From assembly GCA_963665815.1 (NCBI GenBank), contig OY762463.1, positions 2,176,001 through 2,240,000 of the forward strand: a DNA stretch of 64,000 nucleotides, read 5' to 3'. This DNA comes from Candidatus Cloacimonadales bacterium. GTDB taxonomy: Bacteria; Cloacimonadota; Cloacimonadia; Cloacimonadales; JAIOQZ01. Each line of letters starts with the position of its first letter. Position 1 is the first letter of the stretch. The position numbers and the translations under genes are program-made. Of this stretch, positions 19,380 to 28,528 are shown piece by piece. The notes below the pieces were generated by a model. The model did no database searches, had not been told where the DNA came from, and saw nothing but the letters and a program-made list of their open reading frames with translations.

Positions 19380-19802
19380 TTATTCAGCTTCATCTTCGGT
19401 GAAATCATCAATACCATATCCGTGGTATTTAGCTTCTTCGACGTCATACTCTACTTGGTGACCTTCACCAGCAGCAAATTCTGATGTAGAAGTAGCAACA
19501 TATTTTGTTGGTGGGTTACCTACAACTTCAAATTCCCAGTTGTTTGTTGTAGATGTTCCTAATTTTGAATCTTTTAAAGCTTCTTCAATATCATAACCAT
19601 CGGTACTTCCGTATGTGTTATAATAAATATCAAATGCTTTACGGATTGATGAAATAGCAGTTTGCGCTTCGGCTGATCTTGCTTTTTCAACATAACTCAT
19701 GTAGATTGGTACCGCGATAGCTGCAAGGATTGCAACAATGATAACAACCACAAGGATTTCAATGAGAGTAAAACCTTTTTGGTTTCTCAGTAATTTTGAC
19801 AT
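19380..19802 (-). CDS. pilA: Type IVa major pilin
   Basis: Class III signal QKG|FTLIE, hydrophobic helix, AIAVP; strong AAGGAGG RBS. Confidence 0.9.
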   Translation of the reverse strand: MSKLLRNQKGFTLIEILVVVIIVAILAAIAVPIYMSYVEKARSAEAQTAISSIRKAFDIYYNTYGSTDGYDIEEALKDSKLGTSTTNNWEFEVVGNPPTKYVATSTSEFAAGEGHQVEYDVEEAKYHGYGIDDFTEDEAE

Positions 19803-20068
19803 GTTTCCTCCTTAATCAAAACATAATTAAGAGTATTTTTATCCCATAATGTATTTGAGATAATCTTTAAGAAGTCAATTCACATATTAATCTAATTTTG
19901 TAAAGAAATTTTGAGCTAATAATTAACTTTTTTTTATATTCAATAATGTTGTTACTTTTTGCTTGACTTATTTTTGTAGATTTTTAATGAAACAAAACTG
20001 ATCATTTTGTGTTAAATTTTAAACTTAAAATTAATAAACTAAAAAATAAAATCAATTAAGGAGACAGT

Positions 20069-22066
20069 ATGAACTCTCACAGGGCATATTTTCTGATACT
20101 ATTTGTATTCATTTCCTCAGCTCTTTTATCTACAGCAACTGACATAGTAGTAGGAACTTACGATAATCAGGAAATCAAAATATCTGATATTGAAGAAAAG
20201 TTATCCAAAATTCCACCTATGTATCAGCAGCAATTTAAGACCATTAAAGGTGAAAAAAATCTGCTTGAAACATACTCTACAGAACTCATTTATTTTTCCG
20301 AAGGTAAGAAAATGAAGTTAGATCAGGATCCTGAGTTCCTGAAAATCATTGAAACAAAATCCAGACCTACTTTGATGAAGTATTTCCAGGAAAACTACCT
20401 CGCATCTAAAATTGCTTACTCTCAAGATGAAATCAAAGAGTATTACAACAGACACAAAAATGCTCAGTTCAAGATAAACCCATATTACAAAATTTTCCAT
20501 ATTCAGGTTGAATCTGATTCGTCAGCACAGGCTCTTCTTGCAGAACTCAATGCCGGTAATGCCACATTAATCGACCTGATGAATAAATACAGCCAGAATC
20601 AATCCTCTCGTGCTCATGGAGGATACACTTTCAAAAAGACTTCAAATCCGTTCTTTGATGGAATCGGATATGACTCTGAACTTGATAGTATTGTTGTTAA
20701 TGCTCCTCTAAACAAATTCATGGGACCTTTTACAACCAAAACCGGTATCCATTTCTTCAAAGTGGAAGAATTCAAACCTCAAAGTCTTAAGAAGCTTGCT
20801 GACGTGAAGGAACAGATTAAAAACAGACTCAAACCACAAAAGACTAACAAGCTTTCTCGCGATTTGCTTCATGAGACAAAGAAATCTAAAAACATCAAAA
20901 TACTCGATATCGTACTCGCAAACACTCCATGGATAATCCCGGGAAAAATCAAGGAGAACTTTAATACTCCTGTTGTTACAACCGATGATGACAGATATAT
21001 TGTGACTGTTAAGGAAGTTTATGATGAGATTAATAAGCTTGATCCAAATCTCCAGGAATCATACAAGAAAGAAATAAATCAGCAGAAAAAAATTGTTAAT
21101 GAAATTCTTGAAAACAAAGCACAATATTTTACCGCAATTGATATGGGATTTAACAAGAAAATTGAATCCGAGCAGTCATACAAGGACATGTTCTATCTTG
21201 AACTCATCCGTTTCACTTATTCAAAGCTTGTTCTTGAGAATATAAAAATCAGTGAGGATGACCTGAAAAAATACTATGATGATAACAAAGACAGATACAC
21301 AATCAACGCAACAAGAAAATATCATCACTACACCTACCCTTCAAAGAGAATTGCGAAGAAGGTTCTCAAGAAATTGAAGAAGTATGACGCTAAAAAAGAT
21401 ACAGCAAGAATCGAAAAGCTTCTCGCTAAATATACAGAAGGTGATAATAAAATAATTGAGAAGATAAAAGAAAACACCGTTCTTATTCCCGGATTTGGTG
21501 TAGACTCAACTTATGCAGAAGTAATCTGGAATACACCGGTAGGCGAATACAGCAGTGTTTTTGAAAACAGAAACGGATCATACACTTTCCTAAAAGTACT
21601 TAATCATAACGATAAAACTCTCAGACCATTCGATACTGTCAGCAGCTCGATACAAAACATGATCAGAAGACAGGAAGTGCAGAAAAAGTTCCAGAGCGTT
21701 ACTGAAAAACTCAAGAAAACACATAACCTCAAAACTTATCCTGAAAGACTTATTTCAAGATATTCGGCTACTGATCTATTTTCTAAAGCCAGCGACGCTC
21801 AACAAGCTAAAAACTTCAATGAGGCCATCGAGTACTACGATGTTATCTCAATGAAGGACACAAACAGCAAGGATGCTGCAAAGGCTTTGTTCATGAAAGG
21901 TTTTCTCCTTTCCGAGGAGCTGAAAGACAAAGATGCTGCAATTGCTACTTACGAGAAACTCCTCAAAGATTTCCCGAATAATGAAAATCGTGATTCGATT
22001 GAAATGATGCTTAAAGAGCTTAAAGGTGAAATCAATATTCTGGATATTATCAACGAAGAAGAATAA
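20069..22066 (+). CDS. Exported PpiC/SurA-like peptidyl-prolyl isomerase/chaperone with C-terminal TPR
   Basis: Signal peptide; HIQV..SQNQSSRAHGG..GPFTTKTGIHFFKV rotamase domain, second degenerate copy, TPR tail. Confidence 0.75.
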   Translation: MNSHRAYFLILFVFISSALLSTATDIVVGTYDNQEIKISDIEEKLSKIPPMYQQQFKTIKGEKNLLETYSTELIYFSEGKKMKLDQDPEFLKIIETKSRPTLMKYFQENYLASKIAYSQDEIKEYYNRHKNAQFKINPYYKIFHIQVESDSSAQALLAELNAGNATLIDLMNKYSQNQSSRAHGGYTFKKTSNPFFDGIGYDSELDSIVVNAPLNKFMGPFTTKTGIHFFKVEEFKPQSLKKLADVKEQIKNRLKPQKTNKLSRDLLHETKKSKNIKILDIVLANTPWIIPGKIKENFNTPVVTTDDDRYIVTVKEVYDEINKLDPNLQESYKKEINQQKKIVNEILENKAQYFTAIDMGFNKKIESEQSYKDMFYLELIRFTYSKLVLENIKISEDDLKKYYDDNKDRYTINATRKYHHYTYPSKRIAKKVLKKLKKYDAKKDTARIEKLLAKYTEGDNKIIEKIKENTVLIPGFGVDSTYAEVIWNTPVGEYSSVFENRNGSYTFLKVLNHNDKTLRPFDTVSSSIQNMIRRQEVQKKFQSVTEKLKKTHNLKTYPERLISRYSATDLFSKASDAQQAKNFNEAIEYYDVISMKDTNSKDAAKALFMKGFLLSEELKDKDAAIATYEKLLKDFPNNENRDSIEMMLKELKGEINILDIINEEE

Positions 22067-22082
22067 TCTGAAAACTATAGAC

Positions 22083-22112
22083 AAACGGCTGCAATTTGCA
22101 GCCGTTTTTTTT
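22083..22112 (+). terminator. Intrinsic terminator
   Basis: AAACGGCTGCAA-T-TTGCAGCCGTTT followed by T-run. Confidence 0.85.
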
Positions 22113-22213
22113 GTCTTAATGTTCATCCTAAATTGAATAATCAAAATTATTAGCAAAACATCTCAATGCCAATAGCCCATGCTTGCACATGCAAGTGTAC
22201 TAATTGAAATGGT

Positions 22214-22639
22214 TCAAGATTCTTTTAGATCTATAGTTGCCATTCTAATATAATCTGTCAGTTTGTCGGCAAAATCTTTACCAAGACAATCGCAATACCT
22301 GGCATAAAGATTCTTCCATGCCTGAATGATCAGCGGATTTACTTCCCTTCCCTTAATAGTAGAGAACAACTCTGTCTTCTTGCCTCTTATTTTCCGCTCT
22401 ATCATTTTTCTCTGCACGAGCTTATCAGCAAATCTACTGATTGTTGAAGGCGCAAGATTCATTATAACACTTAACTCACTCAGTGATATACCTGAGTTCT
22501 CAACTATTATTATAAGCATAATAGCATGGGGTGGGGAAAGCTTGGTAATCATGAACTCTTCTTCAGCCATCTTAGTCAGTGTTCTCGACAGAGAGTTTGC
22601 AACAAAATACATGCAATTATTTAAATAATTTACTGCCAT
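22214..22639 (-). CDS. MarR family transcriptional regulator
   Basis: LSELSVIMNLAPSTISRFADKLV wHTH; AAGGAG RBS before ATG 22639. Confidence 0.9.
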   Translation of the reverse strand: MAVNYLNNCMYFVANSLSRTLTKMAEEEFMITKLSPPHAIMLIIIVENSGISLSELSVIMNLAPSTISRFADKLVQRKMIERKIRGKKTELFSTIKGREVNPLIIQAWKNLYARYCDCLGKDFADKLTDYIRMATIDLKES

Positions 22640-22650
22640 TTTTTCTCCTT

Positions 22651-22667
22651 CATGCTTGCACATGCAA
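22651..22667. promoter_or_regulatory. Candidate MarR operator (identical copy at 22178-22194)
   Basis: CATGCTTGCACATGCAA containing palindrome TTGCA-CA-TGCAA, between TTGACA and RBS. Confidence 0.6.
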
Positions 22668-22987
22668 ACATAAATGAAATATGCAATCTGTCAAACAAAA
22701 TATACATGATTGATTCCTAAAATACATGAATCTTTAAAGTTAATAATTCACACGATTTTTCTTTTTACCTTTTGTTCCTTTTTTGCTTTCCATTTCTACC
22801 AAACTCAATTTTATAGAAAGAAATGTAAATTGTGTTTTTCAATCCTATATATATAATGTATAGTAAATACTGCTATTTTAATGAAATTTTGAAAAGTAAT
22901 ATTTATTGTAAATTGAGATTTACAGTATCACTAATTATATCTTTAGTCCATATTATTTATTTATTTTTAATATACTGCGATCGATTT

Positions 22988-23569
22988 TCAATTATTAATC
23001 TGATAATTTACTTCAGCATAATCTGCAATTTTTTTGTCTTCTACATAAACATCCTGCAGAGTAATTTTACCTTTATACACTCGCAGCACAGCATACACGT
23101 TTTTCTTATCTTTTACTGCCTTTCTGTAGCTTTTTTCTGCCTTTTCAGCCAAGAACTCAGTCATATAATACTTATCACAAGGCATATCAATTTTTACTTC
23201 ACCATGTACTTTTTTATAATAACTTCGTTCCTTTACTGTGAAAAATATATCTGTATCCTCAGGTTTTTCTGACAGTACTCGATCAATCACATGAAAACCG
23301 CTGCTATCTTCCCTGAGAGTCACATAATACTTGTTAATCTCATTATGTTTTACGGAAGGGATATATCTGTACGAATGAGTTTCAACTTCATACCTGAGAC
23401 TGATGTATTTTCCTCTGAACGCATCATTTGGATCAACCGGAACAGTTCTCAGTTTTATTTCCATACCTTTATCCATTCCTGTTGTTGCGGAGTAGATCAT
23501 CCACGCTGGTACAATCAACTGAATTATTGCAATCAGTACAAACACTGATGTAAGAGTTTTCTTAGACAT
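22988..23569 (-). CDS. GDYXXLXY domain membrane-anchored protein
   Basis: PVDPNDAFRGKYISLRY motif; downstream of DUF2157. Confidence 0.85.
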   Translation of the reverse strand: MSKKTLTSVFVLIAIIQLIVPAWMIYSATTGMDKGMEIKLRTVPVDPNDAFRGKYISLRYEVETHSYRYIPSVKHNEINKYYVTLREDSSGFHVIDRVLSEKPEDTDIFFTVKERSYYKKVHGEVKIDMPCDKYYMTEFLAEKAEKSYRKAVKDKKNVYAVLRVYKGKITLQDVYVEDKKIADYAEVNYQINN

Positions 23570-24857
23570 CTTCCCTCCTCCTTCTCTTTATCAGAAAGTT
23601 GTTTGCATTGATAAAGATTATTCCAATTACGATGAACACCAAACCCTTATAGATAAATCCAATATCTGAATCGAAGAACCTGAGAAGAAACTGGAATGAG
23701 AATATTACCAGACCGAAATTCATGAGCTTCATATCCAGTTTTACAAGGCCTTTTACAATCTTGCTGACACTTATTGCCAACAGATAAAGATTCATCACTA
23801 TCATTGAAATCAAATCCGATCTCACAATAAAATACAACAGAGCAAACACAATGAATCCATAGTACTCCAGTTCAAACCATTTTCCCCGGTTCTTGACTAA
23901 TACTCTGTAAAAAAGTACAACAGCCAATATAAAAACTAAACCTGCCCAGATTAACTCACCCCCGGCAAGCATTTTGCGATACACAATAAACTCAAGTCTG
24001 GAGTGCTTCCAGTTATCCGCATAAGAGAATGTAAAGGTCATAATGTAAAAGCCAACCAGTCCCAGTATCTTGATCATGTTATGGGCAAGAACCGAATCTT
24101 TCAAAACACTCAGCTCACTAATAAGGATCAGTATACTGAAGGCGCAGAAATAAACCAGATTCAGGATAGAATAGTGATCGACTGTGATGTGCCCGAGTGT
24201 AATAAGCAGGGAAATAGCTGTAGTGAGATGAAAGTAGGCCGTAATAACAGTCTTTCTACGCTTGATTACAGATGTAAGATAGTAATAAGACCAGCCAACC
24301 AGTAGAATAAAGTATTTGGACAGTATTGGTATGTTGTTATATCTGCCATCGAAAGCGGTTAATGAAACTCCTGTAATACCGGCAATGATAAGCAGTGCAG
24401 ACGCATCCGACTTCATTATGTAGAGTACTGGCAGACAAATCAGCATCCAGATGAACAGAAATTGAGAGATATCCCCCACAATATGAAATATCTGACTGAC
24501 CATTGAAATGCTCGCTCCCACAGCAAACACCAGAAATACCGAACAACCTTCTCTCCAAGCTTTACTGTCGTACTTCTTCAAAATTGTATACAGACATAAC
24601 GCCTGTGCTGCCACGAGAGGCAGGAAAGCTATGCCGGTTCTGATATTCCGGGAGAAATTATCCCAGTTATGGGCTAAAATAAGGATGATTCCTGATCCGA
24701 TTAAGGCAGCCCCGATGATAGCAAAGATCATTATCAGCAGATTAACCGAGTTCTTCTTCTTATCATCATAGTACTTGGAAATCCGATCTGCCGTTGGTTT
24801 ATCAATTACCTGAGCATTGAGAAGCTCATCTATATGCTTGCGGAATATTCTGTTCAT
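23562..24857 (-). CDS. DUF2157 family polytopic membrane protein
   Basis: IGAALIGSGIILILAHNW, SMVSQIFHI; many TMs. Confidence 0.85.
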   Translation of the reverse strand: MNRIFRKHIDELLNAQVIDKPTADRISKYYDDKKKNSVNLLIMIFAIIGAALIGSGIILILAHNWDNFSRNIRTGIAFLPLVAAQALCLYTILKKYDSKAWREGCSVFLVFAVGASISMVSQIFHIVGDISQFLFIWMLICLPVLYIMKSDASALLIIAGITGVSLTAFDGRYNNIPILSKYFILLVGWSYYYLTSVIKRRKTVITAYFHLTTAISLLITLGHITVDHYSILNLVYFCAFSILILISELSVLKDSVLAHNMIKILGLVGFYIMTFTFSYADNWKHSRLEFIVYRKMLAGGELIWAGLVFILAVVLFYRVLVKNRGKWFELEYYGFIVFALLYFIVRSDLISMIVMNLYLLAISVSKIVKGLVKLDMKLMNFGLVIFSFQFLLRFFDSDIGFIYKGLVFIVIGIIFINANNFLIKRRRREDV

Positions 24858-24945
24858 ATCGCCAACCTGAGTTTTTCTCAAATATGGATAGTTTATTGTT
24901 TGGAAGTCAATGATTTTGTTGGGATGGATGTGCTAACTTATGCAG

Positions 24946-24978
24946 AAACAGCCTGCATAATGTTTGCAGGCTGTATTT
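24946..24978. terminator. Intrinsic terminator-like hairpin
   Basis: ACAGCCTGCA...TGCAGGCTGT downstream of the CTD-only ORF. Confidence 0.7.
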
Positions 24979-24999
24979 ATAATAGGAATAGCGATTTAC

Positions 25000-25329
25000 T
25001 TACTTAAGCATTATACATTTTTTAACATCAATATTCTTGCCATTAACATCCAGTCTGTAGAAATATACTCCGGAACCAACTTTCTTCCCATTTGAATCTG
25101 TTCCTCTCCAGACAATCTCATGATTACCAGCTTCATATTCCTCATTATCTGCAAGAGTATTTACTTTCTGTCCTTTCATGTTATACACTACAAGTTTAAC
25201 CTCTGACTTTTGAGAAATTGAGAATGAGAAAGTAGTCTCAGGATTGAAATGGTTAGGGTAGTTATTACTGGTAATGGAATAAACCTCCGGAGCATCTTCA
25301 TTACGAGAAGTTATTGTTTGCATTCTCAT
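25000..25329 (-). CDS. Stand-alone FlgD-Ig/T9SS-type C-terminal sorting domain (possible gene remnant)
   Basis: NYPNHFNPETTFSF...VYNMKGQKV...WRGTD..GSGVYFY; no signal peptide or cargo domain. Confidence 0.65.
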   Translation of the reverse strand: MRMQTITSRNEDAPEVYSITSNNYPNHFNPETTFSFSISQKSEVKLVVYNMKGQKVNTLADNEEYEAGNHEIVWRGTDSNGKKVGSGVYFYRLDVNGKNIDVKKCIMLK

Positions 25330-25619
25330 TTCCGTTTTTCTGATACTATAATATTGTCATTTTGAAATTGAGTATTTTGGAAACCGGTTTACTACATTAA
25401 GAGAACCTTACTCAGGGAAAAATACATACTTATAAAGAAACACAACTACATATCTGCAAGAATTTCAAATATTGTCATTCTACACCGATATAAAACTTTC
25501 CATTTGATCAATTGAGAACAAATCTGGGGGAGGCATGTCAAAGTATTTTTTCTCATTTATTCTATTTTAATATAGTGTTATTAAGTGCTTACAATTCATG
25601 CATATTCTCATTATGCTCT

Positions 25620-25671
25620 CCACCTCATCCCCCAAATCTGCCAACTCACACAATAATATTTCCTACTCGTC
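25620..25671 (+). promoter_or_regulatory. Three imperfect direct repeats at 21-bp period (LytTR-type site)
   Basis: CCACCTCATC (25620), CCAACTCACA (25641), CCTACTCGTC (25662); TATACT at 25703. Confidence 0.55.
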
Positions 25672-25736
25672 AGTTAAAAGTTAACTTGACTTCAAGAATA
25701 TCTATACTGTATTTATAAAAATTCAGGAGATACAAA

Positions 25737-27272
25737 ATGAAATATATTTTAATGATAATATTAAGTATAAGTCTGTTGTTTGCTGCAGATCTTAAGACAG
25801 AGATCCTGCAGGCTTCAGAGAAGGCAAATGCAGGCAACTTCAAAGACGCAGTAGAGATAATGAAAAAAGCTGTGGAAGCTTATCCGGATTCTTCTGCTGC
25901 CCATACAGTCTATGGAATGTTTCTTACGCGCAGAGCAGGTGAAGTCAGTTTTATGAAAGCAGGGACACTCTCCTCAAAAGCTTTCAAGCACTTTGACATT
26001 GCTCTCGGTATGAACCCGGAAGACATAAACGCCAGATTGTACCGCGGCATACTTAGTACACATGTACCAAAATTCATGGGGAAACTCAAACAGGGGATAA
26101 AAGATCTGGAAATGATCAAACAGAAGCATGCTGACAAAGAAGGTTTATATCTGACTGCCGTTTACTACGTTGGGCTCTGTTACGAAAAAGCCGACAATAA
26201 TGACAAAGCACTGGAGAATTTCAAGCATATTGTTATGTACGGAAAATCATCTGAGTATTACAAATCCGCCAAAAACAAGTATAAAGAACTAAGTAAATCA
26301 GATAAAAGCAAGCCCAAATCTTCCGGTAATGAGTATGAAACAGCGAAAAAACTCATGGAAGAAGGAAACCTGCGGGAAGCTCTCAAGAATTTCAGAGTTG
26401 CATCAGTTAACGAACCGGATAATCTTGAACTGCACATGCTGTATGCCAGAACAATCGGTATGGAAGTCGAGAAAGGCTATAATGAGACAATCAAAGAAGA
26501 CGTTACCTACAGAGCCGGACTTGCCCACGAAGTCTATGAAGTGCTTTCTCACTGTGTAGAGCTTGCACCGAATGATGAGGACATAAGGTTCCTGAGAGGT
26601 TCCGTAGCAATAGACCTGCCGTTCTTCGTAAACAGTCTGGAAACCGGAATTAATGATCTTGAATACCTTGCTGAGAATGCAAAATCAGAAGAGGTTAAGT
26701 CTCAGTCTATCTATTTGAAAGAAAAAGCTTTAAAAATGAAAAAGGTCAACGAACTGGCAGAAAAAGGTTATAATGCTAAAACAGATGAAGAAAAAGCAGA
26801 GCTTCTGCCGCAGTTCGTAAGAGTAAAACATCCGGTTAAGCAGAAGCAACCTGACGGAACAAGCCTGAGGATCACTCTCAGTATGGGTTACAGAGATCAG
26901 ATTCAACCACAGACTGCAATCTGGATTGAAGATGAAAACGGTAATTACCTCGAGACAGTATACATTTCTGCTTTTGCTGCGTTTGTAAAAGATAAGCAGA
27001 TTCATCTCCCCCGCTGGGCAAAAAGCTCAGAGTTCAAAAAGACTGAGAATGTAACAGGAGCCAGCATTGATTGCGGAACACATACTTTCTACTGGAAATG
27101 TGACAAATACAAAGACCAAAAAGTGGTTCTAAAAGCTGAAATTTGCCATTGGCCTCATATCATGTATGGTAAATACGAAATGCCGTTAGATCTTAAATCT
27201 GATACAAAATATACTCTGGAAGACGGAGATTTTCTGATCACTGAGATTACTGTAGAGAAAGTCAGGAAGTAA
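25737..27272 (+). CDS. Exported TPR protein with C-terminal DUF2271-like domain
   Basis: Signal peptide, duplicated TPR halves, PQTAIWIEDENGNYLETVYIS and VTGAS. Confidence 0.75.
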   Translation: MKYILMIILSISLLFAADLKTEILQASEKANAGNFKDAVEIMKKAVEAYPDSSAAHTVYGMFLTRRAGEVSFMKAGTLSSKAFKHFDIALGMNPEDINARLYRGILSTHVPKFMGKLKQGIKDLEMIKQKHADKEGLYLTAVYYVGLCYEKADNNDKALENFKHIVMYGKSSEYYKSAKNKYKELSKSDKSKPKSSGNEYETAKKLMEEGNLREALKNFRVASVNEPDNLELHMLYARTIGMEVEKGYNETIKEDVTYRAGLAHEVYEVLSHCVELAPNDEDIRFLRGSVAIDLPFFVNSLETGINDLEYLAENAKSEEVKSQSIYLKEKALKMKKVNELAEKGYNAKTDEEKAELLPQFVRVKHPVKQKQPDGTSLRITLSMGYRDQIQPQTAIWIEDENGNYLETVYISAFAAFVKDKQIHLPRWAKSSEFKKTENVTGASIDCGTHTFYWKCDKYKDQKVVLKAEICHWPHIMYGKYEMPLDLKSDTKYTLEDGDFLITEITVEKVRK

Positions 27273-27320
27273 GTTTGGAAGAGTGGATTTTGTGTCGTTC
27301 CTTTGTTTCAAAGCAAATTC

Positions 27321-27410
27321 CCTTTCCCGACTTCATCGGGACTCAGGGAGCTTGCAAGATTCAATATGTCAGTAATTTGAGTTGATTGAGTCCCGAATAT
27401 TCGGGAAAGG
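27321..27410. repeat. REP/MITE-like nested inverted repeat
   Basis: CCTTTCCCGA-CTTCA-TCGGGACTCA ... TGAGTCCCGA-ATAT-TCGGGAAAGG. Confidence 0.7.
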
Positions 27411-27440
27411 ATAGACCTGTTGCTATCAAAAAATTTGTTT

Positions 27441-27465
27441 GACCCTTCGACATGCTCAGGGTGAC
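27441..27465. repeat. REP-like element
   Basis: GACCCTTCGACATGCTCAGGGTGAC, resembles GTCATCCTGAGC..TCGAAGGATC-type extragenic repeats. Confidence 0.5.
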
Positions 27466-27510
27466 AAATCCAATGTTTTTAAACAGCACAAAAGGACAAA
27501 AATAAACACA

Positions 27511-28527
27511 ATGAAAACACTAATGAGAGAAATGTTCAGTAAAACAAGACTGATTCTGATTCTGGCTATTAATATGGTAATTACCATAATTTTAACTGCT
27601 ATGAATTATGGCGGTGACCAAGTTTTTTCCCATGTGTTTTTCTCTAACTTTATCTTCTCTTACTCGATAGGTTTATCAATATACATTGGCATTAATATCA
27701 TAGAATGCTTGAAGTTGCCATTTGTTATGAAGATTATTCTTACTCTTGGAACAATTTGTATAACCGGAATTGCAGGGAGCTTTATCGGCTCATTCTTGTA
27801 CAAGATCATCTATGGAATTGATATTAATGTACTTCAATCTGATACATTACTTGAGTTTATGTCTCTAAGCCTTATATTCGGAGTCAGTGCTTACTACATA
27901 TTTGTAATAATCATGAAGAGTAATGAAAGAAAATTGCAGCTTCTTGAGGAACAGAAATTACGCACAGACATTGAACTGCAGTCATTGAGAGCACGGATAA
28001 ATCCACATTTCCTTTTTAACACTTTGAACTCTGTAGCAGGTCTAATTTATATAGATCAGAAAAAAGCCGAATCAATGTTAGTTCAGCTTTCTGAACTCCT
28101 GAGATTCAATCTTTCTATCTCTGAGAACAAATTTGTTGAGCTTCAGCATGAACTAAAAGCTGTAGAGGATTATCTCAACATTGAGAAAATACGACTGGGA
28201 GACAGACTGGAGTTTTCCATAGACAATAAGCTTGATGATTTGATTGTCCCTCCCATGACACTGCTGACTCTGGTTGAAAATGCTATTAAGCATGGTATAT
28301 CCGGCAGTATTGAAGGTGGAATTGTAAAAATTAAGCTAAACAAAACAGATGATAAGTATCATCTGAGTGTTTACAATACATGTGAAAATCCAGCGGGAAA
28401 TATTGTTTACGGATATGGCTTGACTAAGCTCAGAGAAATACTGCAATTATCTTATAAAGATAAAGCTGAACTTGTTTTTAGTGTTGATAAAAATGGGATA
28501 ACAGCTGTGATCGAAATCAGGAGTTAA
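27511..28527 (+). CDS. LytS/YehU-family sensor histidine kinase
   Basis: 4 TMs, LRARINPHFLFNTLN, TLVENAIKHG, GYGL. Confidence 0.93.
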   Translation: MKTLMREMFSKTRLILILAINMVITIILTAMNYGGDQVFSHVFFSNFIFSYSIGLSIYIGINIIECLKLPFVMKIILTLGTICITGIAGSFIGSFLYKIIYGIDINVLQSDTLLEFMSLSLIFGVSAYYIFVIIMKSNERKLQLLEEQKLRTDIELQSLRARINPHFLFNTLNSVAGLIYIDQKKAESMLVQLSELLRFNLSISENKFVELQHELKAVEDYLNIEKIRLGDRLEFSIDNKLDDLIVPPMTLLTLVENAIKHGISGSIEGGIVKIKLNKTDDKYHLSVYNTCENPAGNIVYGYGLTKLREILQLSYKDKAELVFSVDKNGITAVIEIRS

Positions 28528-28528
28528 A

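Noticed and set aside
8529-19802. Type II secretion system
   Set aside because: PilT with AIRNLIRE motif and PilM/N/O indicate a retractile type IV pilus
22700-22987. Very AT-rich gap as oriC or ncRNA
   Set aside because: No DnaA-box cluster or stable structure seen; only short AT palindromes
27439-27510. N-terminal extension of the LytS kinase from the ORF track
   Set aside because: It translates a REP-like repeat; ATG at 27511 or later is more plausible
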